A program made the translations under genes and the position numbers. Positions 27,170 through 36,789 of a stretch of 64,000 bases of DNA are shown here, piece by piece. The stretch comes from an uncultured Lachnospiraceae bacterium (GTDB lineage Bacteria > Bacillota > Clostridia > Oscillospirales > CAG-272), in the NCBI GenBank assembly GCA_964653575.1, contig CAZZFP010000003.1, positions 5,898-69,897 on the forward strand, read 5' to 3'. Every line of letters starts with the position of its first letter. The stretch's first letter is position 1. The notes beneath the pieces are model-generated. The model saw only the letters and a list, made by a program, of their open reading frames with translations, was not told the origin of the DNA and searched no databases.

Positions 27170-27904
27170 ATGTCAATAAATATAAACCGTTCTGCCGAGG
27201 GCGGTCGGGAGAGAATAGGAAAGGTCGATGAAAGACTTACTCATATAGCTTTTATAATGGACGGAAACGGGCGTTGGGCACAAAATCGCGGCAAGCCGCG
27301 CGAATACGGTCACAAGCACGGAGCCGAGACCTTTCGCAAGATCACCGAGTACTGCGGAGATATCGGTATTCGGGCAGTGACCGTTTACGCCTTTTCAAGC
27401 GAAAATTGGAAAAGACCTGCAAAAGAGGTCAATTCCATAATGAAACTGCTTGATAAATATCTTGATGAATGTCTTGATAATTTTTCCGATCACGATATAA
27501 GGATCAAATTTATCGGAGATATGTCTCCGTTTGATGCAAAATTCAGAAAAAAGATCGATCGTATAGAGGAGTTTACGAAGGATCGCGGACTTTTACTGAA
27601 CATTGCGTTGAACTACGGCGCGCGCCCCGAGATCGTAAACGCCGTCAACAGAATACTTAACGACGGCCTTGGAGCGGTTGACGAGACTGTTTTTGAAAAA
27701 TATCTTTATACATCGCACTGCGCCGATCCCGATCTGATAGTCCGAACGGGAGGGGAATATCGACTTTCTAATTTTCTTCTCTGGCAGGCGGCTTATTCGG
27801 AGCTCTATTTTACCGATTGCCTTTGGCCCGATATGAACTCCGATGAAGTCGATAAGGCTGTTAATTCATTTTATTCACGTAAACGTCGTTACGGCGGTGT
27901 GTAA
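27170..27904 (+). CDS. uppS: Undecaprenyl (isoprenyl) diphosphate synthase
   Basis: It has HIAFIMDGNGRWA, the motif FSSENWKRP, and RTGGEYRLSNFLLWQAAYSELYF. Confidence 0.93.
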   Translation: MSININRSAEGGRERIGKVDERLTHIAFIMDGNGRWAQNRGKPREYGHKHGAETFRKITEYCGDIGIRAVTVYAFSSENWKRPAKEVNSIMKLLDKYLDECLDNFSDHDIRIKFIGDMSPFDAKFRKKIDRIEEFTKDRGLLLNIALNYGARPEIVNAVNRILNDGLGAVDETVFEKYLYTSHCADPDLIVRTGGEYRLSNFLLWQAAYSELYFTDCLWPDMNSDEVDKAVNSFYSRKRRYGGV

Positions 27905-27931
27905 TTGTAATTTTGCGATAGGAGATCTGTT

Positions 27932-28780
27932 ATGAAAACAAGAGTAATAACCGCGCTGGTAGCGTTCGCAATATTTTTACCTGTGGTAATATTCTCCGCA
28001 ACTCCGTTTTACGGTATAGCCATGGCTATACTTGCAACCGTTGGTTGCTTGGAAATGCTCAAATGCTTGGGAACGTTGAAAATATATGCTTTGTCCGTTC
28101 CATCACTTTTGGTATCGGCTTTGTCGCCGATAATCACAAGACTTGTATATGATTTGGACGTAGGGATAGATAATACGGATGTATTTGTAACTCTCTTGCT
28201 TGTATACATTCTCTGGGTGTTTGCCGTTATGGTATTTTGGCACAAAAACGTTACGGTCGAACAAGCTGCAATGACGTTTATGACGACTATATACATTACA
28301 CTCGGATTTACTTCTATGGTATATGTTCGAGATTATGATTTATTCCACGGACGTTGGTTGTATCTCGTGATATTCCTCGGTGCATGGATGACGGATATCT
28401 TTGCCTATTTCTGCGGAAGAGCTTTCGGTAAACACAAACTCAGCCCGGAGATCAGCCCCAAAAAGACCATCGAGGGAAGCATCGGCGGAGTATTGTTCTG
28501 CATACTTTTTGTTGTGCTTTACGGATTCGTGCTTTCGCTTATCGCCGATTACGAGCCGAATTATATTTTACTCGCCGGATGCGGCGCGGTTGCATCGGTC
28601 GTTTCGCAAATCGGAGATTTGGTTATGTCGGTTATTAAGAGAAGATACGGCGTTAAGGACTACGGGAAGATCTTTCCCGGGCACGGCGGCGTACTTGACA
28701 GATTTGATTCCTGCATTGCCGTGGCGATCTCAATATTTGCGTTGCTACATATCGTCGAAAAGCTCGGAATGCTTTTTTGA
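27932..28780 (+). CDS. cdsA: Phosphatidate cytidylyltransferase
   Basis: It is polytopic and carries the C-terminal signature SVIKRRYGVKDYGKIFPGHGGVLDRFDS. Confidence 0.9.
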   Translation: MKTRVITALVAFAIFLPVVIFSATPFYGIAMAILATVGCLEMLKCLGTLKIYALSVPSLLVSALSPIITRLVYDLDVGIDNTDVFVTLLLVYILWVFAVMVFWHKNVTVEQAAMTFMTTIYITLGFTSMVYVRDYDLFHGRWLYLVIFLGAWMTDIFAYFCGRAFGKHKLSPEISPKKTIEGSIGGVLFCILFVVLYGFVLSLIADYEPNYILLAGCGAVASVVSQIGDLVMSVIKRRYGVKDYGKIFPGHGGVLDRFDSCIAVAISIFALLHIVEKLGMLF

Positions 28781-28816
28781 TATAGCATAGAAGTAAACTG
28801 TGAGGTATAAAAATAA

Positions 28817-29986
28817 ATGATAAGAGAATATCCGTCCACAATAGTGCTTGGATCTACGGGATCTGTCGGTGAGCAGGCACTTGACGTTGCGGCCGCTAAA
28901 GGCATACGCATTTGCGGACTCAGTGCAAACAGAAACTATAAGAGACTTGAAGAGCAGGCAAGAAAATTTAAGCCGCGTGCCGTTGCTATGTCTGACGAGG
29001 CGGCGGCAGATGCGCTAAAGATCTCCCTTTCCGATACAGATATAAAAGTATATTCGGGAAGCGACGGTATCTGCCGCATGATAGAAGAGACCGAGGCGGA
29101 TGCGGCAGTGAATTCCATACTCGGTAAAGCGGGACTTATGCCGACGCTTTCTGTCATAAGATCTGGCAAACGACTTGCACTTGCAAACAAGGAGTCTCTT
29201 GTTATTGCGGGCAGGATCGTTATGGATGAGGTATCGAGAAAGAAAACCGAGCTTCTCCCCGTAGACAGCGAGCACTGTGCGATCCATCAATGTTTGCGTG
29301 CGGGAAACGGCACGGAGGTTAACAGACTCATACTTACTGCATCCGGAGGCCCTTTTTTCGGACATAAGACCGAGCAACTGAAGAATATAACTCTTGAGCA
29401 GGCACTTAAGCATCCGACTTGGACTATGGGACACAAGATAACGATAGACAGCGCGACATTGATGAATAAAGGCTTTGAGATAATCGAAGCGGCGCACTTG
29501 TTTTCGGTGGATGCGGATAAGATCGATGTTATCGTTCACAGAGAAAGTATAATACATTCTATGGTGGAATATATTGATAATAGCGTCATAGCTCAGCTTT
29601 CGGTACCCGATATGCGCCATTGTGTTCAGTATGCTCTGACTTATCCCGAGAGAGACAACGATGCCGAGGGGGACGGAAAGAAGCTTGATCTTGCAAGACT
29701 TGGAAAGCTGACCTTTGCCGAGGCTGACGGAGATACCTTTGTGCTTTTGAACAGAGCTAAGCGAGCTCTGCGAGACGGCGGTGCTATGCCGGCAATACTC
29801 AACGCCGCGAATGAGGTCGCGGTAGAGGCTTTCTTGCGGCGCAGGATAGGGTTTTATGACATAATGGAGACCGTATGCGAGGTCTGTGATAGTATGACTT
29901 ACGGGACAGCATCGGAAAGTCTTGAGAATATACTTGAGTGTGACAGGGAGGCAAGAGTCCGTGCACACGAAAAGATAGGGGAGTGA
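28817..29986 (+). CDS. dxr: 1-deoxy-D-xylulose 5-phosphate reductoisomerase
   Basis: It has LGSTGSVGEQALDV, LANKESLV, DSEHCAI, and HPTWTMGHKITIDSATLMNKG. Confidence 0.95.
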   Translation: MIREYPSTIVLGSTGSVGEQALDVAAAKGIRICGLSANRNYKRLEEQARKFKPRAVAMSDEAAADALKISLSDTDIKVYSGSDGICRMIEETEADAAVNSILGKAGLMPTLSVIRSGKRLALANKESLVIAGRIVMDEVSRKKTELLPVDSEHCAIHQCLRAGNGTEVNRLILTASGGPFFGHKTEQLKNITLEQALKHPTWTMGHKITIDSATLMNKGFEIIEAAHLFSVDADKIDVIVHRESIIHSMVEYIDNSVIAQLSVPDMRHCVQYALTYPERDNDAEGDGKKLDLARLGKLTFAEADGDTFVLLNRAKRALRDGGAMPAILNAANEVAVEAFLRRRIGFYDIMETVCEVCDSMTYGTASESLENILECDREARVRAHEKIGE

Positions 29987-29993
29987 ATACAGC

Positions 29994-31022
29994 TTGTATA
30001 TTATATTGGCAATACTTTTGTTCGGCTTTCTCGTGTTTATTCACGAGCTCGGACATTTTATAGCAGCCTTGGCGTGCAAGGTTAAGGTAAATGAATTCGC
30101 CATAGGAATGGGACCTAAGATATTTTCAAAGACATCAAAGAAGAGCGGGATCGCGTACTCTTTGCGCCTTTTTCCCATAGGGGGATTTGTAAGTATGGAC
30201 GGCGAGAATGAAAGCTCCGACAACGAGGCGGCACTTTGCAATAAGCCGGTATGGCAAAGGATCATCATAACCGTTGCCGGACCGCTTATGAATTTGGCGC
30301 TCGGATTTTTGCTTATGGCGGTGCTTGTTACCGCATCCGGAAATCTTGCATCGAATACTATCGATCAGTTTCAAGATATTTCTATCAGCGATATTCGCGG
30401 ACTTCGCGAGGGAGATACGATAATCAAGGTGGACGGCACACGCGTTTATACGGGCAATGAGGTCGTATATGAGATAATGATGCAGGGATACGAGGCGATC
30501 GATATCGTGGTCATTCGTGACGGAGAAGAACGGCTAATTCCCGACGTGCATTTTCCGACGGATGTTCAAAGCGGAATAACTATCGGAGTGTACGATTTTT
30601 ATCTTAAAGCCGAGCCCAAGACGGTAGGAAACGTGATAAAACACGCCTGGACTCGCTCGCTCTCTACCGTTAAAATGGTATGGGATTCGCTGGCGGGACT
30701 TATCGGCGGCAGATACGGTGTCGAGGCGATATCCGGACCTATCGGTGTTACCGAACAGATAACCGAGGTTGCAAAAAGCGGAGATGCGCTCAATCTTTTG
30801 TACTTGTTCATTGTAATAAGTATAAATCTCGGTGTTATGAATCTTTTGCCGATACCTGCGCTTGACGGAGGACATCTTTTGTTCTATCTTATAGAGCTTT
30901 GCATAGGTAAACCGATCGTAAACAGCGATATTGAAAATTATATCCACGCGATAGGTATGCTTATCCTGCTCGGCTTTATCGGATTTATATGTGTTAAAGA
31001 CATATTCGGACTTTTTACCTGA
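29994..31022 (+). CDS. rseP: RIP zinc metalloprotease RseP/RasP (M50 with a PDZ domain)
   Basis: It has a TTG start, HELGHF in TM1, a central PDZ-like segment, and NLLPIPALDGGH. Confidence 0.85.
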   Translation: MYIILAILLFGFLVFIHELGHFIAALACKVKVNEFAIGMGPKIFSKTSKKSGIAYSLRLFPIGGFVSMDGENESSDNEAALCNKPVWQRIIITVAGPLMNLALGFLLMAVLVTASGNLASNTIDQFQDISISDIRGLREGDTIIKVDGTRVYTGNEVVYEIMMQGYEAIDIVVIRDGEERLIPDVHFPTDVQSGITIGVYDFYLKAEPKTVGNVIKHAWTRSLSTVKMVWDSLAGLIGGRYGVEAISGPIGVTEQITEVAKSGDALNLLYLFIVISINLGVMNLLPIPALDGGHLLFYLIELCIGKPIVNSDIENYIHAIGMLILLGFIGFICVKDIFGLFT

Positions 31023-31055
31023 CAAATTATCTTACTATCATAGGGACGAACAAAA

Positions 31056-32150
31056 ATGAATTATAATTTAATCAGACGAAAGACAAGAAAAATAAATATA
31101 GGCGATATCGCTATTGGCGGAGATGCACCGATCGCCGTACAATCTATGACCAATACGGACACATTCGATCCCGATGCCACAATAGCTCAGTTGAGGAAAT
31201 TTGAGGTTGCGGGGTGCGACATAGCTCGTATAACCGTTCCGACTCCAGAGGCTGCCAAGACGTTGGAAAAAATAAAGCTTGCCGGAATTAAGATGCCTAT
31301 CGTTGCCGACATACATTTCGATTACCGTGCCGCCGTTGCCTCAGCACTTGCTGGTGCGGATAAGATACGGATAAATCCGGGAAATATCGGAGACGACGAG
31401 AAGGTAAGGGAAGTATGCCGTATATGCAGTCAGAAAAATATTCCGATAAGGATAGGCGTGAACAGCGGCTCGCTCGAGAAGCATATATTGGCAAAATACG
31501 GCGCGCCTACCCCGGAGGCACTTTGCGAGAGTGCTATGTTCCACACGCGCTTGCTTGAAAAATTCGATTTTAACAATATAGTTATCTCTATAAAGGCGTC
31601 GGATCCGTACGGAATGATAAAAGCAAATAAGCTTCTTGCGCGGATGTGTGATTATCCTATCCATATAGGCGTTACCGAGGCGGGAAGTGAAGATATCGGA
31701 ATGGTCAAGAGTGCCGCGGGCATCGGAGCATTGCTTTGCGACGGCATAGGAGATACACTGCGAGTTTCGCTTACTGCCGATCCCGTTAAAGAGGTAGCCG
31801 CCGCGAAGAAGATACTAAGAGCACTTGAGATTGAGGGGCAGTGCGGACTCAGTATAGTAAGTTGTCCGACCTGCGGCAGAACAAAGATAGATCTTATATC
31901 GATAGTCAAAAGCTTTGAGGAAGCGGCAGTCAAAGAGGGAATAATGTCCTGTCCCGTAAAGGTTGCAATTATGGGATGTGCCGTAAACGGTCCGGGTGAG
32001 GCGAGAGAAGCCGACATCGGAATTGCAGGCGGTATAGGTGAAGCTTTGCTCTTTTCACACGGAGAGATACTTGAAAAGATACCGGAAAACAGCATAGTTG
32101 AAAGACTTATAAATGAAGTTAAACGCATTTCGAAGGAAAAAGATAAATAA
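31056..32150 (+). CDS. ispG: 4-hydroxy-3-methylbut-2-en-1-yl diphosphate synthase (flavodoxin)
   Basis: It has PIAVQSMTNT, the motif IRINPGNIG, and the Fe-S ligands CPTCGRT...GCAVNGPGE. Confidence 0.95.
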   Translation: MNYNLIRRKTRKINIGDIAIGGDAPIAVQSMTNTDTFDPDATIAQLRKFEVAGCDIARITVPTPEAAKTLEKIKLAGIKMPIVADIHFDYRAAVASALAGADKIRINPGNIGDDEKVREVCRICSQKNIPIRIGVNSGSLEKHILAKYGAPTPEALCESAMFHTRLLEKFDFNNIVISIKASDPYGMIKANKLLARMCDYPIHIGVTEAGSEDIGMVKSAAGIGALLCDGIGDTLRVSLTADPVKEVAAAKKILRALEIEGQCGLSIVSCPTCGRTKIDLISIVKSFEEAAVKEGIMSCPVKVAIMGCAVNGPGEAREADIGIAGGIGEALLFSHGEILEKIPENSIVERLINEVKRISKEKDK

Positions 32151-32191
32151 ACTCAAGACTCCGAGATGTGTCCGAAAGTAAAGGAATAAAG

Positions 32192-35100
32192 ATGGCTAAA
32201 AAGTTTACAGAGATATTTTCAAGATACATACCCGACACGGATACGAAGGAATGGTTGGATTCGGCTACGGATATAACCGTACGTGCGGATAAAGAAAGAA
32301 GAATAATCGAGGCAAACCTCAGCTTTACCTCGCCGATAGATAAGGGCGAGCTTTATCGAGTTGAGTCGGAAATCTGCCGAGCTTATGAATTATCCCATGT
32401 AAAGCTTTTGCCGAAATATCCGAGCGAATGCTTTGACAATGATTATATTCCCGAGATAATAAAAGAGACCGAATATGCCGGAATAGTGGCAAAGGGCTTT
32501 TTCGGCAATTACCGATATACGCTTTCGGATGATAAAAGGTTGCTTGAAGTACATATTCCGTTTGCGGACAGCGGTGTGGATCTTATGAATGATGCTCAGA
32601 CACCTGCGATTATGTCAAGAATAATAAAAAGCGAGTTTGGTATCGATGTTGAGGTGATCTTTGTCCCCGACAGAAATATTGAGCGCGGAAAGGCTTTTGA
32701 AAGTCGCGATACCTTGCTTGACAATATGGATGCCAAGCTTGCCAAAGCACTTGAAGATTATGAATCAAGACCGTCCGGTACGGAGCAGAGCAATGTCACT
32801 GACGTATCTGATGATACACAGACGTTTCCGCGTGCCGCTTCTGTTTATAATGAAGATGCGACGCCTCGGATCGAGAACGGTATATGCCGTATAGGTCATA
32901 CAACCTTCGATATATCTGAGCCTGAATACGCGTTGGGAGCAAAATTTGATATAACACCGATCGCCATATCGAGTATAGACAGACCTGTCGGTTCTTGCGT
33001 TATATTGGGTGAGGTATTTCTGTTTGAAAAAGAGGACAGCCGCGCGGGAGATAAGAGACACGTAAAAATAAGTATAAGCGACGGAAATGCCTCTATTGAA
33101 ATACATAAAAGAAATATGGAGATCGAGGATGCTCGCGAACTTGAGGAGCTCGCCTCTGTCGGATCTGTCATTGCTGTCAAGGGATCCGCTAAAGAAGAGT
33201 ACCGCAAGGATGGGAAAAAGCCCGAGCTTATATTTCAATATTCTTCAATAGCGAAAATAAAGAAGCTTGCAAGAACGGACACAGCGGAAGAAAAGCGTGT
33301 GGAGCTTCATCTTCATACACAGATGTCCGCGATGGACGCGATCATTCCCCCCGATGTAATAGTCAAGCTGGCACAGAAATGGGGACACAAAGCCGTCGCA
33401 ATAACGGATCACGGAAATGTTCAGGCATATCCCGAGGCAATGCTTGCGGCAGATAAGTGCGGAATGAAGGTGATATACGGCATCGAGGCTTACTTCGTCA
33501 ACGATACCGCGGGCGCGGTCACGGGAGAATATCACGGTTCATTCGATGACGAGGCGATAGTGTTCGATATTGAGACGACCGGACTTTCGCCGCTTGAATG
33601 TAAGATAATAGAGATCGGTGCGGTAAAGGTCAGGAATGGTGAGATAGTCGATGTTTTTGATACCTATGTTGATCCGGAATGTCCGATTCCCGATAATATT
33701 ACGTCTCTTACGTCGATCGATGACAGTATGGTGAAAGGTGCTCCGACGATAGACACGGCGTTGCCTATGTTCTATGATTTCATAGGAGGCTGCAAGCTGC
33801 TTATCGCTCATAATGCGGGGTTTGATACCTCATTTATAAGGCATAATGCGAAGCTCCTTGATATGGATTTTAAATTTTCGTATCTTGATACCGTAGCTCT
33901 TTCAAGATTTTTGAATACGGATATAAAGAATCATAAGCTTGATACGGTAGCAAAATATTTCGGACTTGAAGATTTCCATCATCATCGCGCCTGCGATGAC
34001 GCAGATATACTTGCAAAAATATATTTTGCAATGGTAGACAAGCTGAGGGGTATGGACATCAATACCTTTGATGGACTTAACATCGAAATGACCTCTAATT
34101 CCGATCCCCTGAAGCTGAATACATATCACCAGGTAATACTTGTAAAAAATCAGGTTGGACTTAAGAACCTATATCGTCTCATATCCGAAAGCTATTTGAA
34201 ATATTATCGCAGACATCCGCGTATACCCAAGACCTTACTTGAAAAATACAGGGAAGGACTTTTGATCGGATCGGCTTGCGAGGCAGGCGAGCTGTACAGA
34301 GCTTTGCTTGAGAGTAAGCCCGAGGCGGAGATAGAGAGGATAGTTGAGTTTTACGATTATCTTGAGATCCAGCCCATCGCAAACAACAGGTTTCTTATTG
34401 AGGAAAGATCGGTAGCAAACGAAGATGCCTTGCGCGATTTGAACCGAAAGATCGTAGAGCTCGGTGAAAAGTATAACAAGCCCGTTGTGGCGACATGCGA
34501 CGCCCATTATATCAACGAAGAGGATGATATATACAGGCGTATCCTGCTCACAGGTATGAAATTTAAGGATGCGTCCAATGTTCATAAGCTCTATTTCAGA
34601 ACGACCGATGAGATGCTGAAGGAATTTGAGTATCTCGGAAAAGAAAAAGCTTATGAGGTCGTTGTAACTAATACGAACCTTATTGCCGATATGATAGGTG
34701 ACGTTCGTCCGATACCTAAGGGAACTTATACGCCTAATATGGAAGGCGCGGAGGATGAGCTTCAAGAGCTGTGCTGGACGAAGGCAAAGCGACTTTACGG
34801 AGATCCCGTACCTGAGATAGTTGCTAACCGTCTTAAGAAAGAACTTGACTCGATCATAAAGCACGGATTTGCCGTACTTTATATGATAGCACAAAAGCTT
34901 GTATATTACAGCGAGAGTCTCGGCTATTTGGTAGGATCAAGAGGATCCGTCGGTTCTTCGCTTGTCGCTTCGATGTCGGGTATCTCCGAGGTAAATCCCT
35001 TGCCTCCGCACTACTACTGTCCGAAATGTCAGTACAGCCGCTTTTTCACGAACGGCGAATACGGCTCCGGTTTTGACCTTCCCGACGAGGTATGCCCCGT

Positions 35101-36598
35101 ATGCGGCGAAAAGCTCATAGGAGATGGACACGACATTCCTTTTGAGACCTTCCTCGGATTCTACGGCGATAAATCTCCGGATATCGATCTGAACTTTTCG
35201 GGTGACGTTCAGGGTAAGGTACATAAATACACAGAGGAACTTTTTGGTTCCGAGAACGTTTTTCGCGCAGGAACACTCGGAACTCTTGCCGATAAGACGG
35301 CATACGGCTTCGTAATGAAGTATCTCGAAGAGAACAAAATGAGCCTCTCGCGTGCCGAGACAAACAGGATAGTTCAGAACTGCGTCGGAGTTAAGCGTAC
35401 CACGGGTCAGCATCCGGGAGGCATCATAGTTGTACCTCGTGAATATGAGGTGTACGATTTTACCCCTGTTCAGCATCCCGCCGATGATCCCAAATCGGAC
35501 ATAGTAACAACGCACTTTGCGTTTTCATATCTTCACGATACCATCCTTAAGCTCGACGAGCTCGGACACGATATTCCCACGAAATATAAGTGGCTTGAGC
35601 GTTTCTCGGGGACAAGCGTAATGGACGTCAAGATGAACGATAAATCTGTGTATGAGCTATTCCTCTCAACAAAGCCTCTGGGAATATCCCCCGAGGATAT
35701 CGACTGTAACATAGGAACCTACGGTCTTCCCGAATTCGGTACAAAATTTGTTATCGGAATGGTTGAAGAGGCCAAGCCCAAGACTTTTGCCGATCTGTTG
35801 TCGATCTCGGGACTTTCACACGGTACGGATGTATGGCTCGGCAACGCTCAGGAGCTGATAAAGGACGGAATATGCACGATATCCACCGTTATAGGATGCC
35901 GTGACAATATTATGAATGACCTTATCAGATACGGTGTTGACAATGCCGCGTCGTTTAAAATAATGGAATCCGTCCGTAAGGGCAGAGGACTTACACCCGA
36001 ATGGATAGAGAATATGAAGAGTCACGGTGTGCCGGATTGGTATATCGGATCCTGTCTTAAGATCAAATATATGTTCCCGAAAGCACACGCCGCCGCGTAT
36101 GTTATGTCGGCGATACGTCTCGGATGGTATAAGGTACATATGCCCATCGTTTTCTATGCGGCTATGCTGACGGTTGCTCCGGGCGGATTTGACGCCGAGA
36201 TAGTCGGAAAGGGCAGACAGGCGGTCAGAAATACCATAAAGGATATCGAAAGCCGCGGCAAAGACGCGACTGCAAAGGAGCAGGGAATGGTGTCCGTTCT
36301 TCAGCTTGCCAACGAATGTATGGCGAGAGGTATACGATTTTTACCTGTAAACCTTCAAAAGTCCGATTCGCACGCGTTCCTTCCCGAGAACGGTAACATT
36401 AGAATGCCGTTTTCATCGCTCGGAGGACTCGGTGACAGCGCGGCAGAGAGTATAATAAATGAGCGTAATATAGAGCCTTTCTTCTCGGTCGAGGATCTTC
36501 AGATACGTGCAAAGCTCAGTAAATCTGTCATAGAAATTTTGAGACGTAACGGCGCTCTTGACGGACTTAACGAGACCGATCAGATATCGATGTTTTGA
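32192..36598 (+). CDS. polC: DNA polymerase III PolC-type (Gram-positive replicative polymerase with an inserted 3'-5' exonuclease)
   Basis: The product is about 1470 aa, with a PHP domain (ELHLHTQMSAMD), an exonuclease domain (VFDIETTGLS...HRACDDA), a zinc motif CPKC...CPVCG, and the polymerase core. The ATG at 32192 follows AAAGGAAT; the ORF track begins at GTG 32168. Confidence 0.97.
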   Translation: MAKKFTEIFSRYIPDTDTKEWLDSATDITVRADKERRIIEANLSFTSPIDKGELYRVESEICRAYELSHVKLLPKYPSECFDNDYIPEIIKETEYAGIVAKGFFGNYRYTLSDDKRLLEVHIPFADSGVDLMNDAQTPAIMSRIIKSEFGIDVEVIFVPDRNIERGKAFESRDTLLDNMDAKLAKALEDYESRPSGTEQSNVTDVSDDTQTFPRAASVYNEDATPRIENGICRIGHTTFDISEPEYALGAKFDITPIAISSIDRPVGSCVILGEVFLFEKEDSRAGDKRHVKISISDGNASIEIHKRNMEIEDARELEELASVGSVIAVKGSAKEEYRKDGKKPELIFQYSSIAKIKKLARTDTAEEKRVELHLHTQMSAMDAIIPPDVIVKLAQKWGHKAVAITDHGNVQAYPEAMLAADKCGMKVIYGIEAYFVNDTAGAVTGEYHGSFDDEAIVFDIETTGLSPLECKIIEIGAVKVRNGEIVDVFDTYVDPECPIPDNITSLTSIDDSMVKGAPTIDTALPMFYDFIGGCKLLIAHNAGFDTSFIRHNAKLLDMDFKFSYLDTVALSRFLNTDIKNHKLDTVAKYFGLEDFHHHRACDDADILAKIYFAMVDKLRGMDINTFDGLNIEMTSNSDPLKLNTYHQVILVKNQVGLKNLYRLISESYLKYYRRHPRIPKTLLEKYREGLLIGSACEAGELYRALLESKPEAEIERIVEFYDYLEIQPIANNRFLIEERSVANEDALRDLNRKIVELGEKYNKPVVATCDAHYINEEDDIYRRILLTGMKFKDASNVHKLYFRTTDEMLKEFEYLGKEKAYEVVVTNTNLIADMIGDVRPIPKGTYTPNMEGAEDELQELCWTKAKRLYGDPVPEIVANRLKKELDSIIKHGFAVLYMIAQKLVYYSESLGYLVGSRGSVGSSLVASMSGISEVNPLPPHYYCPKCQYSRFFTNGEYGSGFDLPDEVCPVCGEKLIGDGHDIPFETFLGFYGDKSPDIDLNFSGDVQGKVHKYTEELFGSENVFRAGTLGTLADKTAYGFVMKYLEENKMSLSRAETNRIVQNCVGVKRTTGQHPGGIIVVPREYEVYDFTPVQHPADDPKSDIVTTHFAFSYLHDTILKLDELGHDIPTKYKWLERFSGTSVMDVKMNDKSVYELFLSTKPLGISPEDIDCNIGTYGLPEFGTKFVIGMVEEAKPKTFADLLSISGLSHGTDVWLGNAQELIKDGICTISTVIGCRDNIMNDLIRYGVDNAASFKIMESVRKGRGLTPEWIENMKSHGVPDWYIGSCLKIKYMFPKAHAAAYVMSAIRLGWYKVHMPIVFYAAMLTVAPGGFDAEIVGKGRQAVRNTIKDIESRGKDATAKEQGMVSVLQLANECMARGIRFLPVNLQKSDSHAFLPENGNIRMPFSSLGGLGDSAAESIINERNIEPFFSVEDLQIRAKLSKSVIEILRRNGALDGLNETDQISMF

Positions 36599-36681
36599 TC
36601 ATTTTGAATGGTTCAAATTGCTTTTTGCTTGAATTTTTTTGCGATCATTGTCTTAAATGGTGAAAAAACAGTAAAAAACTG

Positions 36682-36710
36682 TTGAAAATCGGCAACAAAT
36701 ATGATAAAAT
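36682..36710 (+). promoter_or_regulatory. Putative sigma-A promoter of comEC (TTGAAA-N17-TAAAAT with TGa extended -10)
   Basis: Hexamers and spacer were read directly. Confidence 0.5.
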
Positions 36711-36789
36711 GAGTACGCTTGTATATTGGGCTTATGCGAGACTATTGCCATTAAAAGTAAAACAATAAACTATAAAGGGGCGGATACCT